A stretch of 64,000 nucleotides of DNA from Octopus vulgaris (lineage: Eukaryota): positions 13,950,001 through 14,014,000 of the forward strand of contig OX597834.1 in assembly GCA_951406725.2 (NCBI GenBank), given 5' to 3'. The first letter of the stretch is position 1. Every line of letters begins with the position of its first letter. Position numbers and translations under genes: made by a program. Of this stretch, positions 53,742 to 64,000 are shown piece by piece. The notes under the pieces are model-generated. The model was given only the letters and a program-made list of their open reading frames with translations, was not told the origin of the DNA and made no database searches.

Positions 53742-54048
53742 ACGCTTGCAACCCTTCTGCACATGTGGTAGGACTCCACTTTTCCCAGATCTTCTTACAT
53801 TGACTTTGCGACTAATTGAGTCATTAATTTCCACATAATTGGCATGCACAATGTCGGCATGTAATTCTCTACCGTATTGCATTTTTCGATGTTTTTCAAG
53901 CACAACACTCTCCTGCCCATTGTCAACCACTCTGGTCTTACTTTTTAATAAAGTGATTAACAGTGCAGCTATATGTGCAAGACATTCACCAAATCTTTTG
54001 ATCCAGGAACGTTGAACTCCATCTGGTCTCGGACCTTCCAGTAGCTCG
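53742..54048 (-). mobile_element. R4/Dong LINE RT N-terminal relic between (CTT)n and (TTA)n tracts
   Basis: GPRPDGVQRSWIKRF; shifted frame TTGRRVLCLKNIEKCNTVENYMPTLCMPIMWKLMT; LPHVQKGCKR (PGPDG, NYRPI, QxG motifs). Confidence 0.8.
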
Positions 54049-54050
54049 TA

Positions 54051-54155
<105 letters not shown>

Positions 54156-54199
54156 CATTATTATTATTATTATTATTATTATCCAATACTCTTAATTCT

Positions 54200-54495
54200 A
54201 TTGCGTGCTTTCACTTCACTACCGAGCGCAGCTCTGTGTGCCTTGGGTATGAGCTCAGATTTTCTGTGATGCTCTGATGATTACTGTACTGAAAGTGTTT
54301 TGTGTAGGATGTGGGCAGTGCCCATTTGTGCAATTTTCTGTATGTTATATATATTTGTAAGTCCTGATGTTTTGTTATGTATTAGTATGAATATTTTTTA
54401 TCATACCTAATTCGCCTACTATGATAGGAATTGTGTCTGTTTTTAGATTCCACATTCGAGTTACCTCTATTTCCAGGTCCTTGTATTTTGAAAGT
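54200..54495 (-). mobile_element. R4/Dong LINE extreme 3' end followed by (TAA)n
   Basis: KYKDLEIEVTRMWNLKTDTIPIIVGELGMIK...IQKIAQMGTAHILHKTLS, short UTR, then (TAA)n at 54051-54182. Confidence 0.85.
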
Positions 54496-54538
54496 CACGT
54501 TGCCATCTACTGGTATTGATACATCAATTAGAAAGCAT

Positions 54539-54620
<82 letters not shown>

Positions 54621-55530
54621 TGTTGTTGTTGTTGTTGTTGTTGTTATTATTATTGTTGTTGTTGTTGTTATTATTATTGTTGTTGTTGTTGTTGTCATTA
54701 TTATTATTATTATTGTTGTTTTTATAATTATTATTATTTTTATTAGTATTATTATTAGTATTATTATTATTATATCAAATTGACCATAAAAAATATGACT
54801 CTACATACTCAAGTGACTCTCGGCTTGCAGATGATATTGCATTTCGTAGTTTCCCGGTTTATAGCCTTAACAAGTACACACACGCCAATTTCATTGCATA
54901 CCTCTCCATACAGGCACACATACACACATATTACAAGAACAGAAAAAAAAATCTCTGGAAACAAATCCAAAAATCATGAATATTGAGAATTTACCTTAAC
55001 CTTACTTCATAAGATATAAAGAATTCTACTGAATGAAAGAAACTTTTCTAGATAGTAAAATGCCGAATATGCAGTCGTTTTATTATTATGAAAATGTATA
55101 TAAAAACTGCCTTGCCAAATATGTTGATAAAGCGAATTACGAATAAAATGCTATTGGATATTGAAATATTCGTATCAGAAATCAATATAACGCTTGAGTA
55201 AATGTTATGCCGTATTTTGAAAGGCTTTTAAAATATTTTGATTTGAAATTCCAATGGGATTGACGTTGACTTCTATTCACCTGAGACGAATGAGATTGTG
55301 TGTGTCTGTGAACGTGAATATAATGGTATGTATGTATGTATGTATGTATGTATGTATGTATGTATGTATGTATGTATGTATGTATGTATGTATGCATGCA
55401 TGTGTCAATGTTTGTTTTTGTATGTGTATATATCCAAGCTCACACAAACAAATACACATTTATAAATAGGCGTATACATAAAACATTTACATATATACAT
55501 GAAGAAACAAATATATATATATATACATAG

Positions 55531-55608
<78 letters not shown>

Positions 55609-56074
55609 TATATATATACATATAATTCATATGCGTGCGTAAGTATGTATATAAGTATGGATGTATATATGCAATTCAGGCTTATTTCTCGATTACTTGC
55701 CAATGGAGAAAGATTTGGTTTCCAACCTGGATTAACGTATCTATTCGAATTCTAAACAGTATTAACACAGAACTTGGGCAAAATTGTGCATACTAAGGTC
55801 ATTTGTCGTGCATGTGCATATGCAGATTTGTAGGTCTTTTTCTGATGTGTGTATACACAGTGAGTATATTTTGGGTACAATTTTGGATTTCGTGGATTTA
55901 CTAATCGTATGAATTACTTATTTCTACATAGTATAACGTAAATCAGTAGATATAGTATCCATTAGAAGTGACATACCAAAGTTTCAATACAATTGAGTAA
56001 TATGTTATTGCTCCGCATTGACTGTAACGAAAACGGGTGTGTGACCATGTCTCTAGTGCCAGTGAAAGTGTCGT

Positions 56075-56780
56075 TGCGTGTGGAAGTACGTCGTGCGTGT
56101 GGAGGTACGTCGTACGTGTGGAAGTACGTCGTTCGTGTGGAAGTACGTCGTGCGTGTGGAAGTACGTCGTGCGTGTGAAGGTACGTCGTGCGTGTGGAAG
56201 TACGTCGTGCGCGTGGAAGTACGTCGTGCGTGTGGATGTACGTCGTGCGTGTGGAAGTACGTCGTGCGTGTGGAGGTACGTCGTGCGTGTGGAAGTACGT
56301 CGTGCGTGTGGAGGTACGTCATGCGCGTGGAGGTAGTCGTGCGTGTGGAGATACGTCATGCGTGTAGAAGTACGTCGTGCGTGTGGAGGTACGTCATGCG
56401 CGTGGAGGTAGTCGTGCGTGTGGAAGTACGTCGTGCGTGTGGAAGTACGTCGTGCCTGTGGAGGTACGTCATGCGCGTGGAGGTAGTCGTGCGTGTGGAA
56501 GTACGTCGTGCGTGTGGAAGTACGTCGTGCCTGTGGAGGTACGTCGTGCGTGTGGAAGTACGTCGTGCGTGTGAAAGTACGTCGTGCCTGTGGAGGTACG
56601 TCATGCGCGTGGAGGTAGTCGTGCGTGTGGAAGTACGTCGTGCGTGTGGAAGTACGTCGTGCCTGTGGAGGTACGTCGTGCGTGTGGAAGTACGTCGTGC
56701 GTGTGAAAGTACGTCGTGCGTGTGGAGGTACGCCCTGCGTGTGGAGGTACGTCGTGCGTGTGGAAGTACGCCGTGCGTGT
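56075..56780. repeat. CpG-rich 19-bp minisatellite (GTGGAAGTACGTCGTGCGT), about 37 units
   Basis: Direct reading; variant units recur in ordered blocks. Confidence 0.95.
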
Positions 56781-57200
56781 ATGACAGTTTCTGCTTTGAA
56801 CCTTGACTTTCGGCCATTGTATTAAATTTGATGCTGTTGATATTTAGTAATGACTCATCAGCCTACAACGAATCATAATATTGAATGCCCAATATTTGGT
56901 ACTCTCTGGGATCTTAGCAAACGAGTTTGCCAAATTACACGGGCGTTCTAAGATGTGTTTTATTTGAACGAGAAAAAGAAACGAAATTAGTTAAGAAAGA
57001 TTATTCAATTGAACAATATGTCGTGATTGTAGAAGGATCTCATAGTTTTATTGCTTTTTCATTTGTCTTTCTCAATTACGTTTTGGTAGTTTTGCAAAGT
57101 TTTTCTTGAAAACATTTCTTGGTGGTAAGACCATCGCGGATCTATTTCTAGCATAAAGGTTTCCACATAGTGGTTTCCGTCTAATATGTATATATGTATT

Positions 57201-57237
<37 letters not shown>

Positions 57238-57248
57238 TTATATATATA

Positions 57249-57308
<60 letters not shown>

Positions 57309-57333
57309 CATACACACATATATATATATATAC

Positions 57334-57371
<38 letters not shown>

Positions 57372-57492
57372 GCAGACTATTATGGCCCTTTCACAGAACA
57401 CCACACCATCGCGTGTTTAAACATTTACAGCTGGAAATCCAAGACTATATCTTGCGATCGTGAGCACAAAGCCCTAGCCACAGGATTGATGG

Positions 57493-57524
<32 letters not shown>

Positions 57525-58702
57525 ATAGGTAGATAGTTATAGAGATAGATATATACATACATGCATAGATACATCCATATATAGATACATAGGTATGTAC
57601 ATAAATACATACATGCAGACAGACAGTCTTGTTATTCATAAGTTCCAACGGATACGTGCTATATTATAACGCCTTCTTCACCCCTTGTCATTTAAGTTTT
57701 TATATAGAAAATTTTCAACCATTTAATAATTCTCCTTCAAGAATTTTGCATATATTAAATTTCATATATATTTTATATATAATTCATAGGTTTTCTTACA
57801 TATTTCTTTACATTAACAGTAAATATTGTTCCTTCATATATTTAACCTTCCTGTATGTGGTACGATTTCATATATTCATTTTTCTTTTAGATTTAATATC
57901 AAATATTAAATATCAGTCACTTTCTCCTAACCTTCTACATCCTACGTCTAGCTTGCAACATATTCTGTTTTTATCAGTTACTCCCCGCTTTACATAAATA
58001 TTTAGGTTATTCAAAATTACACAATTGTACGCTAAGTCTCTTATTCGAAATATGAAATCAAATCTTAACTAATAAATATTTAATAGCCATCATGAAATTT
58101 TAGTTATATCAAAGCAAATTAATAGCAATTTTATTTAATTGTTGAATAACATACTTTCCCAACTTAAGCCTAATCTACTTAATACAAATCTTATTTTTCA
58201 TGAACACTTAGCCTGCGATACACATAAGCCACTAGACGTCGCAAACAATGTGTCACGTTTGTTTGTATTACTTTAGATACAGACTCAACATGGCGTCGAC
58301 TCCTATTGATATTTAAGTAACATTCAACAATCAAATACCACACCTCTCAATTGGTTACAATTAATTGCCTTAATCCATTTCTTCAGCGATGAGTTACACG
58401 TTTATAAGTTACTTTTAATTCTAATTACATTTCCTAAATATTAGATTTGTTTTGATATTGCATCTTCGATAAATAGAATGTAATGTTATTTTCTCACATT
58501 TCGCGTTACTGAAGATTGATCTCAATACAAATGTCACCGATCTTTTCCCAGGCTACATCTCACACTGTCTATTATTTTCAGATAAATATCATCTTGCCAA
58601 CAGATGAAAAGTGTAGCTTTTGAGTGATGAACAAAATTACGCGCCCTCGAGCACACACACGCACCAGCAAGCACGCACACACGCGAACGTATGTATGTAT
58701 AC

Positions 58703-58763
<61 letters not shown>

Positions 58764-59022
58764 CATATCTATATATATGTGTATATATATATATGTATGT
58801 ATATATATATATTTAATAAATAAATATATATATATAAATACATACATATATATATATGCATATCTACATATATGTATATATATACACATATTTATGTATA
58901 TGTATGTAGAAATAGACGAATTTATATAAATACATACATATACATGTATGTATATATATATATAAATAAATATATATATATATATATTTATATATATGTA
59001 TATATGTTTATATATATGTATA

Positions 59023-59058
<36 letters not shown>

Positions 59059-59655
59059 CTTACATATATATTTTCTTTACATGTATTATATGTATAAATA
59101 TATATATATATATATAGATATACACATATATATGTAAATATACATAAGTATATGTATATCTGCATTCATATGTATATTTTTGTATGTGCGTGTGTGTGTA
59201 CGCGCCTAATGTATGCATGTATGTATAACTGTAATGTTCATCCGTACTGTAGGTTATGCGTTATGAATGAAACAGTGAATAAAACCCAACTAGAAATCGA
59301 AGTCATATCGTGAACTCAGCTCAAAATATTCTGTTACGTATATATTAATGTTATCTTACACTTGAAAGTAAAAGGGTTTGTATACCAGGGGAAAATGGAG
59401 ATAGCGTCCAACGACAATCCAAACAGACTGCATGTTATCGTAGGGTCCACACATGTATAAATTATATTACTGACTCACGTACCAAGACATATTATTCGTA
59501 TTCAGAGATATGAATTTATATATTCAGAGACGTATGTCTTATATATGTGAGTATGTTTGTGTATTCCTAAAATATATACGTATATATATATACATATATA
59601 TGTGTGTGTGCGTGCATTTATGTCTGCGTGTGTCTATACACATATCTTCTTAAGC

Positions 59656-59702
<47 letters not shown>

Positions 59703-59753
59703 TGCATACTTAAATATATACAAATACAAAGATACATATATATATGCATATAA

Positions 59754-59785
<32 letters not shown>

Positions 59786-59818
59786 GAGCATACATATTTT
59801 GCGTTCCTGCGCCTGTAT

Positions 59819-59919
<101 letters not shown>

Positions 59920-59953
59920 GTATGTATTTATATATATATATAGAGAGAGAGAG

Positions 59954-60026
<73 letters not shown>

Positions 60027-60585
60027 TAGATATATCTAAATATATAATACCATTATATTTTATATAAGAATCATAACATCTTTTACGAAAAAAAAATATA
60101 TATATAGAAGTGTAAGCAAAATATATTTTACTCTAAGATAGGAAATTTACTGACAAAAAAAGTAACAAAAATAAAACGAAATATTTATAAATGCGGTTTT
60201 TGCTCCCAAACTGTAAAATATATTGATTTGTGAAGTTTTTTTAAGGAAGAAGGAAGAATGTTATCTTACACGTATAAATATTTTGAATATCTTGTAGATA
60301 TAAATCTTGAAAAAAACTTATTAGTAAATGCTAGACTGAAACAAATAAAGGTCGATTGAATTTTCCGACTAAATAATGAATGTTTGTGTAAAATGGGTTA
60401 GAATTACTGACACAGCATTAAATAGATATATATTTGTCTGCAAACTGGTGACGTTATTTGTGTGTGTATATACATATATATATACATACACGTGCACACA
60501 TATATGTATATATATGTAAGTATATAAAGTTATGCATATCTATATACAGGCATACATACATACACTTGTGTGTTTATGTGTGTAT

Positions 60586-60621
<36 letters not shown>

Positions 60622-60623
<2 letters not shown>

Positions 60624-61060
60624 CTTTTACTCCTTTACTTGTGTCAGTCATTTGACTGTGGCCATGCTGGTCCAAGGTCTTTAATCGAGCACCTCGACCT
60701 CAGGACTTATTGTTGGTCAGCCTAGTATTTATTCTATCGCTCTCTTTTGCAGAACTAGTAAGTTACAGGGACGTAAACACACTAGCGTCAGTTGTGAAGC
60801 GATGTTGGGGGGACGAATAGAGACACACAAACATATACACACACACACACACATACACGCACACACGCACCCCCCCACACACACATATATATATATATAT
60901 ATATACATATATACGACGAGCGCCTTTCAATTTCCGTTTACCAAATCATCTCACAAGATTTTGGTCGACCCGAGGCTATAATAGAAGACACTTGCCCAAG
61001 GTGCCACGCAGTGGGACAGAACCAGGAACATTGTGGTTCGTAAGCAAGCTACTTACCGCA
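60622..61060 (-). mobile_element. CORE-type SINE family A
   Basis: Colinear with the other family A copies. Confidence 0.85.
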
Positions 61061-62823
61061 TATATAACGATGGTTTATAATATTTGTCCACGATGAGCAC
61101 TAACAAATCACTGGTTGCCCAGTGAATTTAGTAGAAGACACTTGTCAAGCATCCCGCTCACTAACACTCGGTTTCGAAGTGAAAGCCTTTAACGTACAAC
61201 GGATCAATTTAATATTCTTATTCTTCGGTGTCTACTTTTCTGTAAATCAGTAGAAATATGTGCCTGAATTTAATTATAGATTTGTTTTGAAGTTGAATAC
61301 AAATTGTTATTATAAATGAGAATACTCTGTTCGAACCTCGTAACCGATTTATGCATGTAGCATTTCATTGCCACTACATATACAGTTTGTATGGATTTGT
61401 GATGTTCCCTGTATTCTTCATCGGTAGCAGTCAAAATATAATTCATACATACACATGTCCGGTTGTGGCTGAGTATCTATGTGTGTCTCGACAATTTTGT
61501 GCGTGTTTCACTATAATCTAATATTTTTAGACGGTAGATTTGCAGAAGTCAATCTTTACTTATTTTTATTATTTCTCTCCATAGATAATCCCCAAATGTT
61601 TGTCTTCAATACTATCCTGTGTTTGAGACCAATTACTTGATGTATGCAAAATCCAGCTATCGATCGATTATGACAGAAAGCATTTAAGAAAATTCCTTGG
61701 TGAGAGAGCTAAGCCTGTTTGCAGTCATGGGACGCAAGACTCGAGAGGATTTTTTTGTCGTTTTGTATTTCCTTGGAAAATTTTATGGAAAAACCAGTAA
61801 CGTAAACTAGAAAACAAATAAGATTTCGAGTAGACACGGACATAGGTATGTACGAAGCACCGGAAGAACTATAGAAAAATATTACCAGTCTATATAAACA
61901 AATGTGGTTTACGCATTTGTCTATGTATTTATCTATCTGTGTTAGTGTACATATATTTGTATATTTTTTTGGTAATTCTGCTTCGCTCCTTATTTTACAT
62001 ATAATAACTGTGCACCGATACACTCATACATAGAGACTCAAGCACACATAGACAGATATTTAAAAGTATGTGTAAGTGAGCAGTATATAAACGCATACAC
62101 ATATGAATATATGCATATGTATGTATGTGTGAATGCGTGTGTTTGTGTTTGTTTGTGTTTGTTTGTGCGCTGCTGTGTATTGGACCACAGACTTGACCAT
62201 CTATATAATACATCTACCTATATTTATCATCCATTAGAAATAATTTGGAATGTTAAAGCGATGCCCCTTTCCTAACACCGAATTACATTCGCACTAACAT
62301 ATTCTAGAATGATCGCTTGTTTTTCGTGAATTTGGCGATCAGTTGGGAGTTGTAAAACGATGCTTTTGGGAGAAATTAATTTTAATAATGGAAACAAATT
62401 CAAGTTTCCTGCATGGTAACCGACCTTCAACGGTGAGAGAAAGGTCAGCGAATGGATTCCTTGTTTGGCAACCCAACCATGACTTGTTTGTTATATGTGG
62501 GTGCTTGTATTTTGCGCGTACATATTTCTTATGATCATTGCACGGTGATCTACGAGTGTCTATATAATATGAGAAATAGTTTAACGATAATGATTTGCAA
62601 GATATATCTTTTACAAGTGTTCAACTCACAAAATTTCAGCAATGCTAAGTTTCCTTATAACGACATAAGTCTGAAGCAATTTAAATCATTGTGTAACCAA
62701 AGTTATAATTGCAGTCATAAATATTCCGTGTAAAACAAATATATAAACAATATAAATATTTAGCATAAAACAAAACATGAACGAATATACACGCATAGAA
62801 ACATACGTACATACATATATATA

Positions 62824-62969
<146 letters not shown>

Positions 62970-63162
62970 TATATATATATACGTGTTTATGATTGTGGAT
63001 ATTTGACATTTACTTATGTATGGAAGTATGCATGTATGTATGTATGCATGTATATATGTATGTATGTATGTATGTATGTAGGCAAGGGGTTTGTTTGCGT
63101 ATGTATTTATTTATGTTTGTAAAAAACAAACATGTAAATATAAGCATATAAACAATACATTA

Positions 63163-63205
<43 letters not shown>

Positions 63206-64000
63206 CTGCAAACGGCATGAATATAAAGAAAAACGCTGCGTGAAATAAAAGAAAAAAACAAATCGAGAACATATGCAACAAATTACCTCTGTTATGATCT
63301 TTTTAAGAATAAAATAAAAACGAGGTAATCTAAATAAAACGTGAAATGAACCTAATAGCTCAAATACAGTGAATAGAAAAAAACATTCTAAAATTACAAG
63401 TTTTTTCATGTTGTTTTTCTCATGTCGCCTGATCTATTTGATATATACATTAATTTCCTGTACTTTCTTCTTCGCTCGTTCACACATTACGATTTATAAT
63501 AAACTAAATTCTAAAGCAGGAAAAAAAATCGCATTATGAAAACAACAATATGCAAAGAAAGCATATGAAATATATAAAACATACAAACATATGAAGAACA
63601 GTGGCTTTTTTTGTATTTGTATTGGTTAAATGAGCCCAAGACTTTTGAGACATTACACGAACCGAATACAACAGAGCGGATGTTTTCAGTAACGAAAAAA
63701 AAAACAATAAAAAGATTTAGATTAAAATCACATAGAAATACAAATAAGAACAATTAATATCATCTCCATACTGCCAAGAAACACCTAAAGACATTCGAGA
63801 AAAATTACATAATTCTAATCAAAAACAAGACCAACTACTTCTTAGTATTTGGTCCATATTTTTGTTCGAACTTTATATTTTTATTTTTTTCCCACACATT
63901 GCCAGCATCATGATTGTCGTCCATTTAGTGGCGCCACCACTAACGGATTTATAGTTATTACTGTAGACCTTGATATTTCGGTGTCACACTACAAGCCTAC

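Noticed and set aside
56078-56806. 242-aa repetitive ORF
   Set aside because: Product of a stop-poor 19-bp minisatellite, open in several frames on both strands.
58288-58297. YY1-like AACATGGCG as a promoter
   Set aside because: A single short motif with no associated exon or CpG island.

Overview
AT-rich, repeat-saturated, non-coding eukaryotic DNA. The mix of (TA)n microsatellites, tRNA-derived SINEs, R4/Dong and CR1 LINE relics and Tc1/mariner relics points to a coleoid cephalopod (Octopus-like) genome; this is an inference from repeat content. No intact protein-coding gene is supportable: nearly all ORF-track entries are microsatellite or SINE read-throughs, and the rest are decayed transposon ORFs. 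The main hidden signal is about a dozen type I hammerhead-ribozyme (HHR) motifs in several unrelated short repeat families. They show all three Watson-Crick states of the catalytic 3-8 pair (C-G, U-A, G-C), and most have a tiny palindromic stem III, as in the dimer-forming minimal HHRs of Penelope-like elements (PLEs). One HHR caps a ~130-nt hairpin inside a ~250-nt structured element (47798-48042). Many fold-back duplications abut (TA)n tracts, including a 453-bp palindrome with an HHR in each arm and a 463-bp inverted copy of a neighbouring dead DD41D transposon fused to an HHR element. All folds and alignments were done by eye, so boundaries of decayed repeats are approximate.
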